A stretch of 38,007 nt of DNA. Source: a virus. Its lineage: Duplodnaviria; Heunggongvirae; Uroviricota; Caudoviricetes. The translations under genes were made by a program, and so were the position numbers. This document shows positions 26,457 to 35,387 of this stretch, one piece after another (the stretch's first letter is position 1; each line of letters opens with the position of its first letter). Under the pieces are notes generated by a model, which did no database searches, had not been told where the DNA came from, and was given only the letters and a program-made list of their open reading frames with translations. Location: IMG/VR virus record IMGVR_UViG_2740892426_000005. One strand, given 5' to 3'.

Positions 26457-26868
26457 GCCATTCAATATCTGGCGCACCGGAAGTATCGACCAGCTCCAGT
26501 GCGTCCAGATAATCCAGCCACAAATTATATTGCGCCAGTTCCTCACCTTTCAGGCGACCAATCGCCGCTTTACCAGGCCATTGCTTACTGTTTATGTATT
26601 CGTTGACCTGATTAATCAATTGCTGCTTTTCCAGTTCGGCTGCGGCAATTTGTTCCTCATGAGTTGGCGGTGGAATATCAATCCATGCAGGCATTCCGTC
26701 GATGACACCTCTGTATTTTCCTTCTGGTGCTTCCTTCATAAATTCGGCGGCAACAGTGTCGTCAATTTCGATTCCATCACCGGGCCATTCGCCGGATTCC
26801 TGATAAGCGATTTTAAGCTCCACAGGGAAAAACGCATTTTTATCGGCACTGAAAATATATTTCTGCAT
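26428..26868 (-). CDS. alternative tail fibre assembly protein (146 aa), silent orientation
   Basis: Tfa-like on the opposite strand inside the invertible segment; convergent 29-nt overlap with G. Confidence 0.75.
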   Translation of the reverse strand: MQKYIFSADKNAFFPVELKIAYQESGEWPGDGIEIDDTVAAEFMKEAPEGKYRGVIDGMPAWIDIPPPTHEEQIAAAELEKQQLINQVNEYINSKQWPGKAAIGRLKGEELAQYNLWLDYLDALELVDTSGAPDIEWPTPPAVQAR

Positions 26869-26870
26869 TT

Positions 26871-27227
26871 CTACCGTCCTATCGAAATATAACTGAATCT
26901 GTATTGCTGTGAGATATCACTGGTTGCCACACGCCACGCTGAATTACTGATATGTTCAAAATTTACAGACAAAACCTGCAGGGCAGGATTCGACGGGTCT
27001 GACTGAACGGCATCAGACATAACACTGACTGAAACCATCGGCTGATTAGGGAATGGTATAGGGAAGTGTCCACTGATAAAGCGGGTCGTGTTTCCTGAAA
27101 AAGTGCCAAACTGAACAATATATCCACCTGGTAGCCTGAACCATCCCGAACCAGAAGCGAATGCTCCCATATCCGGTATCTGATTATCTCCTGTGCCCAC
27201 ATCCCTTTTCGCCGCTTCTCCTAAACC
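26871..27227 (-). CDS. promoterless alternative tail-fibre C-terminal cassette (about 118 aa), fused to H only after inversion
   Basis: Minus-strand reading from site 2 begins GLGEAAKRD..., matching the GLGEG... junction of the current H; the ORF-track start at 27269 lies beyond the crossover site and is not a real start. Confidence 0.65.
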   Translation of the reverse strand, partial: GLGEAAKRDVGTGDNQIPDMGAFASGSGWFRLPGGYIVQFGTFSGNTTRFISGHFPIPFPNQPMVSVSVMSDAVQSDPSNPALQVLSVNFEHISNSAWRVATSDISQQYRFSYISIGR

Positions 27228-27241
27228 AACGTTTAAGAAAA
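27216..27241. repeat. cix/gix/hix-like inversion site 2 (TTCTCCTAAACC-AA-CGTTTAAGAAAA)
   Basis: Reverse complement TTTTCTTAAACG-TT-GGTTTAGGAGAA matches site 1 in 10/12 right-arm positions with the same central TT; about 55 nt upstream of the invertase gene. Confidence 0.6.
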
Positions 27242-27296
27242 TGCAGCGATTACGACTAACTGGCATCATCCCCGATTTTTATTCAAGGAGATGATC

Positions 27297-27863
27297 ATGC
27301 TTATTGGCTATGTACGCGTGTCAACAAATGACCAGAACACCGATTTGCAACGTAGTGCGCTGAACTGCGCGGGATGTGAGCGGATTTTTGAGGATAAAAT
27401 CAGCGGCACTAAGTCCGACAGACCGGGGCTGAAAAAACTGCTCAGGACACTATCGGCAGGTGACACACTGGTTGTCTGGAAGCTGGACAGGTTGGGGCGC
27501 AGTATGCGGCATCTTGTTACGCTGATAGAAGAGTTACGCCAGCGTGGTGTGAATTTCAGAAGCCTGACTGACAGTATTGATACCAGTACCCCAATGGGCC
27601 GTTTCTTTTTTCATGTCATGGGTGCCCTGGCTGAAATGGAACGCGAACTGATAGTTGAACGTACCAGGGCAGGGCTGGCTGCAGCTCGCGCCAAAGGCAG
27701 AGTAGGTGGACGCCGTCCTAAGTTGACCACCGAACAGTGGGCACAGATTGGGCGTTTACTCGAGGCCGGAGAATCAAGACAGCGTATTGCACTGATTTTT
27801 GATGTAGGCGTTTCTACCATTTATAGAAAATTTCCGGCAAATAAGATCAATGAATCCTCCTGA
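27297..27863 (+). CDS. serine DNA invertase, Hin/Gin/Cin/Pin family (188 aa)
   Basis: MLIGYVRVSTNDQNTDLQRSAL N-terminus (catalytic Ser), C-terminal HTH; start at the third Met (ATG 27297), which has AAGGAG 6 nt upstream. Confidence 0.9.
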   Translation: MLIGYVRVSTNDQNTDLQRSALNCAGCERIFEDKISGTKSDRPGLKKLLRTLSAGDTLVVWKLDRLGRSMRHLVTLIEELRQRGVNFRSLTDSIDTSTPMGRFFFHVMGALAEMERELIVERTRAGLAAARAKGRVGGRRPKLTTEQWAQIGRLLEAGESRQRIALIFDVGVSTIYRKFPANKINESS

Positions 27864-27911
27864 ATCAGCATTAAGTTGATTATCCCTGCAAGCAGACAAA
27901 TACCGTTATTT

Positions 27912-27929
27912 TGTGTGAATAACGACACA
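27912..27929 (+). promoter_or_regulatory. Ogr-type late activator site TGT-N12-ACA upstream of FI
   Basis: TGTGTGAATAACGACACA, ending 76 nt before the FI start codon. Confidence 0.5.
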
Positions 27930-28005
27930 ACTGCGCTTAGCTGTTTGTCAGGCACAATCACTTCAACATAGGGCGAAGCCTAATCCAATCAGGAGGTTCG
28001 CCACT

Positions 28006-29178
28006 ATGGCTCAGGATTACCACCACGGGGTGCGCGTTGTTGAAGTCAACGAAGGTACCCGATCCATTACCACGGTGAGCACCGCCATCGTGGGCATGGT
28101 CTGCACGGGCGATGATGCCGATGCAAAAATGTTTCCTCTTAATAAACCCGTGCTGATCACTGATGTGCTGAGTGCCAGCGGTAAAGCGGGTGAGTCCGGC
28201 ACGCTGGCCCGTTCGCTGGATGCCATCTCTGACCAGGCAAAACCCGTGACCGTTGTTGTGCGTGTGCCGCAGGGTGAAACGGAAGAAGAAACCACGACCA
28301 ATATCATCGGCGCAGTGACTGCTGAAGGTAAAAAAACAGGCATGAAAGCCCTGTTATCTGCCCAGACACAGCTCGGCGTTAAACCGCGCATTCTCGGCGT
28401 GCCAGGTCACGATAACAAAGCCGTTGCTACTGAGTTGCTGAGTGTGGCGCAAAGCCTGCGTGGGTTTGCTTACCTGTCAGCGTATGGCTGCAAGACGGTG
28501 CAGGAGGCGATCACTTACCGTGAAAACTTCAGCCAGCGCGAAGGAATGCTGATCTGGCCCGACTTTACTGGCTGGGACACGGTGCTGAATGCCGAAGCAA
28601 CGGCATATGCCACCGCCCGTGCGCTTGGTCTGCGTGCCAAAATTGATGAGCAGACCGGGTGGCACAAAAGCCTGTCCAACGTGGGCGTGAACGGTGTCAC
28701 CGGAATTTCTGCAGATGTGTTCTGGGATCTGCAGGACCCGGCAACCGATGCAGGTCTGCTGAACCAGAACGACGTCACCACGCTTGTGCGTAAAGACGGT
28801 TTCCGCTTCTGGGGTTCCCGCTGCCTGAGTGATGACCCGCTCTTTGCCTTCGAAAACTACACCCGCACGGCGCAGGTGCTGACGGACACAATGGCAGAAG
28901 CGCACATGTGGGCAGTGGACAAACCGCTGAACCCGTCGCTGGCGCGCGACATTATCGAGGGCATCCGCGCCAAAATGCGCAGCCTGGTCAGTCAGGGGTA
29001 TCTCATTGGTGGTGATTGCTGGCTGGACGAGTCGGTGAACGACAAAGACACTCTGAAAGCCGGAAAACTCACCATCGACTACGACTACACGCCAGTGCCG
29101 CCACTTGAAAACCTGATGTTGCGTCAGCGCATCACCGATCAGTACCTGGTGAATTTCGCCAGCCAGGTCAGCGCGTAA
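28006..29178 (+). CDS. FI: tail sheath protein FI (390 aa)
   Basis: Strong resemblance to P2 FI as recalled (MxxDYHHGV..., ...[12 protein letters not shown]...). Confidence 0.9.
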   Translation: MAQDYHHGVRVVEVNEGTRSITTVSTAIVGMVCTGDDADAKMFPLNKPVLITDVLSASGKAGESGTLARSLDAISDQAKPVTVVVRVPQGETEEETTTNIIGAVTAEGKKTGMKALLSAQTQLGVKPRILGVPGHDNKAVATELLSVAQSLRGFAYLSAYGCKTVQEAITYRENFSQREGMLIWPDFTGWDTVLNAEATAYATARALGLRAKIDEQTGWHKSLSNVGVNGVTGISADVFWDLQDPATDAGLLNQNDVTTLVRKDGFRFWGSRCLSDDPLFAFENYTRTAQVLTDTMAEAHMWAVDKPLNPSLARDIIEGIRAKMRSLVSQGYLIGGDCWLDESVNDKDTLKAGKLTIDYDYTPVPPLENLMLRQRITDQYLVNFASQVSA

Positions 29179-29187
29179 GGGGACAAC

Positions 29188-29703
29188 ATGGCTTTACCAC
29201 GCAAATTAAAACACCTGAACCTGTTTAACGACGGGAACAACTGGCAGGGGATCGTTGAGTCGCTGACGCTGCCGAAATTCACCCGCAAATATGAGAAGTA
29301 TCGCGGCGGCGGAATGCCGGGGGCAGTGGATGTGGATCTGGGGCTTGATGACAGTGCGCTGGACACAGAATTTTCCATTGGTGGTACTGAACTGCTGCTG
29401 TTTAAGCAGATGGGCAAAGCCACGGTGGATGGCATCCAGTTGCGCTTTACCGGCTCTATCCAGCGTGACGATACCGGGGAAGTGCAGGCCGTGGAGCTTG
29501 TGGTGCGTGGACGTCACAAAGAAGTGGATTCCGGCGAGTGGAAGACGGGCGAAAGCAACACCACCAAAGTGACCAGTACCAACAGCTACGCGAAGCTGAC
29601 CATCAATGGTGAGGTGCTCTATGAAGTGGACCTTATCAACATGGTGGAAATTGTGGACGGTGTGGACCTGATGGAAGCGCACCGCAACGCCCTCGGCCTC
29701 TGA
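29188..29703 (+). CDS. FII: tail tube protein FII (171 aa)
   Basis: P2 gpFII-like size and position. Confidence 0.85.
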   Translation: MALPRKLKHLNLFNDGNNWQGIVESLTLPKFTRKYEKYRGGGMPGAVDVDLGLDDSALDTEFSIGGTELLLFKQMGKATVDGIQLRFTGSIQRDDTGEVQAVELVVRGRHKEVDSGEWKTGESNTTKVTSTNSYAKLTINGEVLYEVDLINMVEIVDGVDLMEAHRNALGL

Positions 29704-29757
29704 TATATCTGAACGGCGCGGGATACCGCGCCAGAACCCAATTTACAGGACAGCAAA

Positions 29758-30060
29758 ATGAGCGATAAGCAGACTGAAAAGACCATTCAACTGGATACCC
29801 CTATCAAGCGCGGTAAAACAGAAATTACCGAAATTGTGCTGCGTAAACCGCAGTCCGGTGCGCTGCGCGGTACACGCCTGCAGGCCATTATGGATATGGA
29901 TGTCAACGCGATGATGACCGTGATCCCCCGCATCTCCAGTCCGGCACTGACTGCACAGGAAATTGCAGAGATGGACCCGGCAGATCTCACTGCCATGTCG
30001 GTTGAGGTTGTCACTTTTTTGTTGAAGAAGTCGGTGCTTGCCGGTTTACCGACAGCCTGA
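29758..30060 (+). CDS. E: tail assembly chaperone E (100 aa)
   Basis: P2 gpE-like; contains the slippery heptamer near its 3' end. Confidence 0.8.
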   Translation: MSDKQTEKTIQLDTPIKRGKTEITEIVLRKPQSGALRGTRLQAIMDMDVNAMMTVIPRISSPALTAQEIAEMDPADLTAMSVEVVTFLLKKSVLAGLPTA

Positions 30061-30194
30061 CGGTTGACGATCTGGTGGCAGATATCGCCACCATTTTTCA
30101 CTGGCCGCCATCCGTTACTGACGTTATGCCGCTGACCGAAGTGCTGGAATGGCGGTATAAAGCGATTCAGAGAAGCGGGGCCAACGATGAGTGA
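29758..30194 (+). CDS. E+E' frameshift fusion chaperone (about 146 aa; -1 shift at 30015-30021)
   Basis: The -1 frame continues ...HWPPSVTDVMPLTEVLEWRYKAIQRSGANDE and ends overlapping the T start, as for P2 E+E' (lambda G/GT analogue). Confidence 0.55.
30015..30021 (+). other. programmed -1 ribosomal frameshift slippery site T-TTT-TTG
   Basis: X_XXY_YYZ heptamer in the E frame; the -1 frame is open from here to a stop at 30192-30194. Confidence 0.6.
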
Positions 30195-33100
30195 TAACAA
30201 CCTGCGGCTGCAGGTCATTCTTAATGCGGTTGACAAACTCACCCGCCCATTCCGTGCTGCACAGGCCAGTTCGAAAGAGCTGGCTGGCGCAATCAGAAAC
30301 TCCCGTGACGCATTAAAGCAACTCAATCAGGCGGGTAACAGCCTGGAAAAATTTCGCAAGCTGCAGGCCGATAACAAGAAGTTAGGCGACAGGCTGAACT
30401 ATGCCAGACAGAAGGCTAATTTACTTAGCTCTGAGCTGGAGTCGATGGAACAATCATCACAACGGCACCTTGTGGCTTTAGGTCGGCAAACGCTGGCAGT
30501 CCAACGTCTGGAAGAACAACAAAAATATTTGCAGAAGCAAACGGCGCTTGTGCGTGCAGAACTGTACCGGGCGGGAATTTCTGCGAAAGATGATGCGGGA
30601 GCAACTGCCCGTTTAGCCCGTGAAACATCACGTTATAACCAGGAACTGTCGAAACAGGAGGCGCGGCTGAAGCGACTGGGGGAAGCTCAGCGCAGGATGA
30701 ATGCAGCGCGTGCCAGTTATGCCCGTTCGCTGGAGGTGCGCGATCGCATCGCAGGAGCCGGAGCCACCACCACGGCTGCAGGGCTGGCAATGGGGGCGCC
30801 AGTGATGGCGGCAGTAAAAAGCTATACCAGCATGGAAGATGCCATGAAAGGTGTGGCAAAGCAGGTCAATGGTCTGCGTGACGATAATGGCAACCGCACT
30901 GCACGTTTTTATGAAATGCAGGATGCCATCAAGGCTGCCAGCGAACAGTTGCCGATGGAAAACGGTGCGGTGGACTTCGCTGCACTGGTTGAAGGAGGTG
31001 CGCGCATGAACGTCGCAAACCCTGACGACAGCTGGGAAGACCAGAAACGTGACCTGCTGGCCTTCGCCAGTACGGCAGCAAAGGCGGCAACAGCCTTTGA
31101 GCTGCCAGCGGATGAACTGTCAGAAAGTCTGGGGAAAATCGCCCAGCTCTACAAAATACCTACCCGCAATATTGAACAGCTCGGCGATGCGCTGAACTAT
31201 CTGGATGATAACGCCATGTCGAAAGGGGCGGACATCATTGATGTGATGCAACGTCTGGGCGGTGTGGCTGACCGTCTGGATTATCGTAAAGCGGCGGCAC
31301 TGGGTTCCACCTTTCTGACACTGGGCGCTGCGCCGGAGGTTGCAGCCAGTGCAGCAAACGCGATGGTGCGTGAATTGTCCATTGCCACCATGCAAAGCAA
31401 GAGTTTCTTTGAAGGGATGAATCTGCTGAAACTCAATCCTGAAGTGATTGAAAAGCAGATGACGAAGGATGCGATGGGAACTATCCAGCGTGTACTGGAG
31501 AAGGTGAACGCACTGCCGCAGGATAAGCGCCTGTCTGCCATGACCATGTTGTTTGGTAAAGAGTTTGGTGATGACGCGGCGAAACTGGCAAACAACCTGC
31601 CGGAACTACAGCGCCAGCTAAAACTGACAGCGGGCAATGATGCGCTCGGTTCCATGCAGAAAGAATCCGACATCAACAAGGACTCACTTTCTGCTCAGTG
31701 GTTGCTGGTTAAAACCGGAGCGCAGAATACCTTCAGCAGCCTGGGCGAAACGCTGCGCCAGCCGCTGATGGATATTCTGTACACGGTGAAAAGCGTTACG
31801 GGAGCGTTGCGTCGCTGGGTGGAAGCTAACCCGGAACTGACGGGCACACTGATGAAAGTAGCGGCTGTGGTGGCTGCCGTTACCGTGGGCCTCGGCACCT
31901 TAGCGGTGGCGCTGGCTGCAGTGCTGGGGCCGCTGGCAGTCATCCGTCTGGGATTCTCTGTGCTGGGTATCAAAACGTTACCTTCCGTTACGGCAGCAGT
32001 AACCCGAACCAGCAACGCGTTGTCCTGGTTGGCTGGCGCACCACTGGCACTGCTGCGACGCGGGCTTGCTTCATCGGGCAACGCCGCAGGTTTACTTACT
32101 GCGCCGTTGTCGTCTTTGCGCCGCACGGCATCACTGACGGGAAATGTCCTGAAAACTGTAGCAGGTGCGCCAGTTGCACTTTTGCGGTCTGGATTATTCG
32201 GTTTACGTGCGGTTGCTGTGATGTTTATGAATCCTCTGGCGGTACTGCGCGGTGGACTGACCGCCGCAGGTACGGTGCTGCGAGTACTGGCATCTGGTCC
32301 ACTGGCGATGCTGCGCGTTGCCCTGTATGCCATATCTGGTCTGTTAGGTGCTCTGCTCAGTCCGATAGGTCTTGTGGTTACTGCACTGGCAGGCGTGGCG
32401 CTGGTTGTCTGGAAATACTGGCAACCCATCATCGCATTTCTCGGTGGCGTGGTGGAAGGATTCAAAGCGGCGGCAGGTCCCGTCAGTGCAGCATTCGAAC
32501 CACTTAAGCCTGTGTTTCAGTGGATTGGCGACAAAGTGCAGGCGCTGTGGGGCTGGTTTACTGATCTGCTGACACCCGTTAAGTCGACCTCTGCCGAACT
32601 GCAGAGCGCAGCGGCAATGGGGCGGAGATTCGGGGAGGCACTGGCGGAAGGGCTGAATATGGTCATGCATCCGCTGGACTCCCTGAAATCCGGTGTTTCC
32701 TGGTTGCTGGATAAACTCGGCATTGTCAGTAAAGAGGCTGCAAAGGCGAAACTGCCGGAAAGCGTGACGCGTCAGCAACCTGCGACGGTGAATGCAGACG
32801 GTAAAGTGATGATGCCATCGGGTGGTTTTCCGTCATGGGGATATGGCTTTGCGGGGATGTATGACAGCGGCGGGTATATCCCGCGCGGGCAGTTTGGCAT
32901 TGTCGGTGAAAACGGGCCTGAAATTGTCAACGGCCCGGCAAACGTGACCAGCCGGAGAAATACCGCTGCACTGGCTGCGGTTGTCGCCGGAATGATGGGC
33001 GTTGCTGCCGCGCCAGCAGAGCTTCCACCGTTGCATCCTTTGGCGCTTCCCGCGAAAGGCGGTGAAGCGATGGTGAGTCGCGCAGTCACTGTGCCGCCCG

Positions 33101-33264
33101 TTTACCAGATTGAGGCACCAACGCAGATCATCATCCAGACGCAGCCAGGACAAAGTGCGCAGGATATTGCACGGGAGGTGGCCCGCCAGCTTGATGAACG
33201 TGAACGCAGGCTGAAGGCAAAAGCCAGGAGTAACTACAGCGATCAGGGGGGATACGACGCATGA
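30187..33264 (+). CDS. T: tail tape measure protein T (1025 aa)
   Basis: Long alpha-helical protein after E/E'; internal about 21-aa hydrophobic repeats at residues about 612-722. Confidence 0.85.
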   Translation: MSDNNLRLQVILNAVDKLTRPFRAAQASSKELAGAIRNSRDALKQLNQAGNSLEKFRKLQADNKKLGDRLNYARQKANLLSSELESMEQSSQRHLVALGRQTLAVQRLEEQQKYLQKQTALVRAELYRAGISAKDDAGATARLARETSRYNQELSKQEARLKRLGEAQRRMNAARASYARSLEVRDRIAGAGATTTAAGLAMGAPVMAAVKSYTSMEDAMKGVAKQVNGLRDDNGNRTARFYEMQDAIKAASEQLPMENGAVDFAALVEGGARMNVANPDDSWEDQKRDLLAFASTAAKAATAFELPADELSESLGKIAQLYKIPTRNIEQLGDALNYLDDNAMSKGADIIDVMQRLGGVADRLDYRKAAALGSTFLTLGAAPEVAASAANAMVRELSIATMQSKSFFEGMNLLKLNPEVIEKQMTKDAMGTIQRVLEKVNALPQDKRLSAMTMLFGKEFGDDAAKLANNLPELQRQLKLTAGNDALGSMQKESDINKDSLSAQWLLVKTGAQNTFSSLGETLRQPLMDILYTVKSVTGALRRWVEANPELTGTLMKVAAVVAAVTVGLGTLAVALAAVLGPLAVIRLGFSVLGIKTLPSVTAAVTRTSNALSWLAGAPLALLRRGLASSGNAAGLLTAPLSSLRRTASLTGNVLKTVAGAPVALLRSGLFGLRAVAVMFMNPLAVLRGGLTAAGTVLRVLASGPLAMLRVALYAISGLLGALLSPIGLVVTALAGVALVVWKYWQPIIAFLGGVVEGFKAAAGPVSAAFEPLKPVFQWIGDKVQALWGWFTDLLTPVKSTSAELQSAAAMGRRFGEALAEGLNMVMHPLDSLKSGVSWLLDKLGIVSKEAAKAKLPESVTRQQPATVNADGKVMMPSGGFPSWGYGFAGMYDSGGYIPRGQFGIVGENGPEIVNGPANVTSRRNTAALAAVVAGMMGVAAAPAELPPLHPLALPAKGGEAMVSRAVTVPPVYQIEAPTQIIIQTQPGQSAQDIAREVARQLDERERRLKAKARSNYSDQGGYDA

Positions 33265-33746
33265 TGATGGTGCTGGGATTGTACGTGTTTATGCTGCGCA
33301 CCGTACCGTATCAGGAGCTGCAGTATCAACGCAGCTGGCGACATGCGGCAAACAGTCGGGTAAATCGTCGTCCGTCCACGCAGTTTCTGGGACCGGACAA
33401 CGACATGCTGACGCTTTCTGGTGTTCTTATGCCGGAGATAACAGGCGGCAGGCTGTCGTTGCTGGCACTGGAGCAGATGGCAGAACAGGGGAAAGCATGG
33501 CCCCTGATTGAAGGCAGCGGCACGATTTATGGCATGTATGTGATTGAGGGACTGAATCAGACTAAAACGGAGTTTTTTCGCGATGGTATGCCGCGCCGGA
33601 TTGAGTTCACCCTGTTGCTCAAACGGGTGGATGAATCCCTGTCCGATATGTTCGGTGATCTCAGTGCGCAGCTGAATAATCTGCAGGATACGGCAACGTC
33701 TGCATTAAGCGATATCAGTAAAACTGTGGGAGGGCTGCTGTCGTGA
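33261..33746 (+). CDS. U: tail protein U (161 aa)
   Basis: ATGA overlap with T; P2 gpU-like. Confidence 0.85.
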   Translation: MMMVLGLYVFMLRTVPYQELQYQRSWRHAANSRVNRRPSTQFLGPDNDMLTLSGVLMPEITGGRLSLLALEQMAEQGKAWPLIEGSGTIYGMYVIEGLNQTKTEFFRDGMPRRIEFTLLLKRVDESLSDMFGDLSAQLNNLQDTATSALSDISKTVGGLLS

Positions 33747-34843
33747 ATTTCAGTTCTGAACTGCTTAACAAAGGCAACAAAACTCCGGCATTCAGCATCA
33801 GTATTGAAGGGAGGGATATCACCACTGTGCTGGACAACCGCCTGATGGGGCTGACGCTGACGGATAACCGGAGCTTTGAAGCAGACCAGCTTGATCTGGA
33901 GCTGGACGACGCCGACGGAAAAATCGTGCTGCCGCGCCGTGGTGCGGTCATTACGCTGGCGCTGGGCTGGAAGGGGCAGCCGCTTTTCCCGAAAGGGGCA
34001 TTCACGGTGGACGAGATTGAACACACTGGCGCACCGGACCGCCTGAACATCCGGGCGCGAAGTGCTGATTTTCGGGAAACGCTGAATACCCGCCGTGAAA
34101 AATCGTGGCACAAGACCACGGTCGGGGAAGTGGTGAAGGAAATAGCTGCGCGTCACAAACTGAAGATGGCACTGGGTAAAGACCTGTCGGATAAACCCGT
34201 GGATCATATAGACCAGACTAATGAGAGTGACGGCAGTTTTCTGATGCGGCTGGCGCGCCAGTACGGTGCTATTGCGTCGGTGAAAAATGGCAATCTGTTA
34301 TTCATCCGGCAGGGACAGGGTAAAAGTGCCAGCGGTAAACCACTGCCGGTGATCACTATCACACGTAAGGACGGCGACAGTCACCGCTTTACCCTGGCAG
34401 ATCGCGGAGCCTATACGGGCGTAATTGCCAGCTGGTTGCATACCCGCGAACCTGCGAAGAAAGAAAGCACCACGGTGAAGCGTAAGCGCAGAACTAAGAA
34501 GCAGAAGAAAGAGCCAGAAGCGAAGCAGGGCGATTACCTGGTGGGTACGGATGAAAACGTGCTGGTACTTAATCGCACTTATGCCAACCGGAGCAACGCC
34601 GAACGAGCGGCGAAAATGCAGTGGGAACGCCTGCAACGCGGCGTTGCGTCATTTTCGCTACAACTGGCAGAAGGGCGGGCAGATCTCTACACGGAAATGC
34701 CTGTGAAGGTCAGTGGTTTTAAACAGCCGATAGATGATGCGGAATGGACCATTACGACTCTGACGCATACCGTCAGCCCGGATAACGGTTTTACGACCAG
34801 TCTGGAGCTTGAAGTGAGGATTGATGATTTCGAAATGGAATGA
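33743..34843 (+). CDS. D: tail protein D (366 aa)
   Basis: P2 gpD-like size and position before ogr. Confidence 0.85.
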   Translation: MNFSSELLNKGNKTPAFSISIEGRDITTVLDNRLMGLTLTDNRSFEADQLDLELDDADGKIVLPRRGAVITLALGWKGQPLFPKGAFTVDEIEHTGAPDRLNIRARSADFRETLNTRREKSWHKTTVGEVVKEIAARHKLKMALGKDLSDKPVDHIDQTNESDGSFLMRLARQYGAIASVKNGNLLFIRQGQGKSASGKPLPVITITRKDGDSHRFTLADRGAYTGVIASWLHTREPAKKESTTVKRKRRTKKQKKEPEAKQGDYLVGTDENVLVLNRTYANRSNAERAAKMQWERLQRGVASFSLQLAEGRADLYTEMPVKVSGFKQPIDDAEWTITTLTHTVSPDNGFTTSLELEVRIDDFEME

Positions 34844-34933
34844 TTCTTCGCAATGGAGAACTTTTAAGTTTGCAAAATGGAATAATGCGGTATCATTATT
34901 GTGAATTTAGCAAAAATGGGGAGAACTCGAAAA

Positions 34934-35152
34934 ATGATGATTTGCCCACTGTGTGGAAGTGCCGCCCATACTCGCAGCAGTTTTCAGGTATCTTCATTGA
35001 CCAAAGAGCGTTACAACCAGTGCCAGAACATTAACTGCAGCCATACTTTTGTTACCCATGAAACTTTTGTTCGTTCGATTGCAACGCCAAAAGAGTCAAA
35101 TCCGGTTCAGCCGCATCCAATGAAATCAGGACAGGTGGCGCTCTCTCTTTGA
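34934..35152 (+). CDS. ogr: Ogr-type zinc-finger late transcription activator (72 aa)
   Basis: CPLCGSAAH...CQNINCSHTF C4 pattern; length from ATG 34934 equals P2 Ogr (72 aa). The ORF-track start at 34901 is a GTG. Confidence 0.8.
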   Translation: MMICPLCGSAAHTRSSFQVSSLTKERYNQCQNINCSHTFVTHETFVRSIATPKESNPVQPHPMKSGQVALSL

Positions 35153-35230
35153 CGCTGCCGCCATTTTGTCGCCATCGTTAAAAAACAGTGCTTCTAACAT
35201 CATGATTTTAAACAGCTTAAATTTCAGGCA

Positions 35231-35276
35231 ACAAAAAACCCATCAACCTTGAACCGAAATGGCGGGGTTGATGGGC
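35231..35276 (-). terminator. rho-independent terminator-like hairpin (CCCATCAACC/GGTTGATGGG + T-run on minus strand)
   Basis: 10-bp stem followed by TTTTTTG on the minus strand, downstream of ybjL; lies within the prophage/host junction interval. Confidence 0.5.
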
Positions 35277-35387
35277 TCCACAAAATGGGGACATCAAAGA
35301 AAAGCAGTGGCACTAATTAAGACTGATGCCCTGCGGAAAAGTTCTGCGGTTGTGCAAAAAAATTTCATTTTCAGGGCAACTTCAGTT

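Larger units (their letters stand above)
25406..27229. other. invertible tail-fibre host-range segment (about 1.8 kb, Mu G / P1 C-segment-like)
   Basis: Bounded by inverted cix-like sites; holds two tail-fibre C-terminal cassettes and two tail-fibre assembly genes in opposite orientations. Confidence 0.65.
1..35230. mobile_element. P2-like prophage with 186-type immunity region; int end at window start, ogr end near 35.15 kb
   Basis: Complete syntenic P2 gene order recognised from ORF translations; host genes follow. Right boundary (attR) lies somewhere in 35153-35387 and is not resolved; attL is left of the window. Confidence 0.85.

Noticed and set aside
27230-27269. Start codon of the minus-strand ORF 26871..27269
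   Set aside because: Lies outside the inversion crossover site; this cassette is promoterless and only expressed as a fusion to H after inversion.
30425-32778. Minus-strand ORFs (132-256 aa) inside the tape-measure gene T
   Set aside because: Antisense to the T CDS; Ala/Ser/Pro-rich low-complexity translations.
34840-35034. 64-aa ORF overlapping ogr in another frame
   Set aside because: The overlapping frame encodes the C4 zinc-finger Ogr; this one has no recognisable features.
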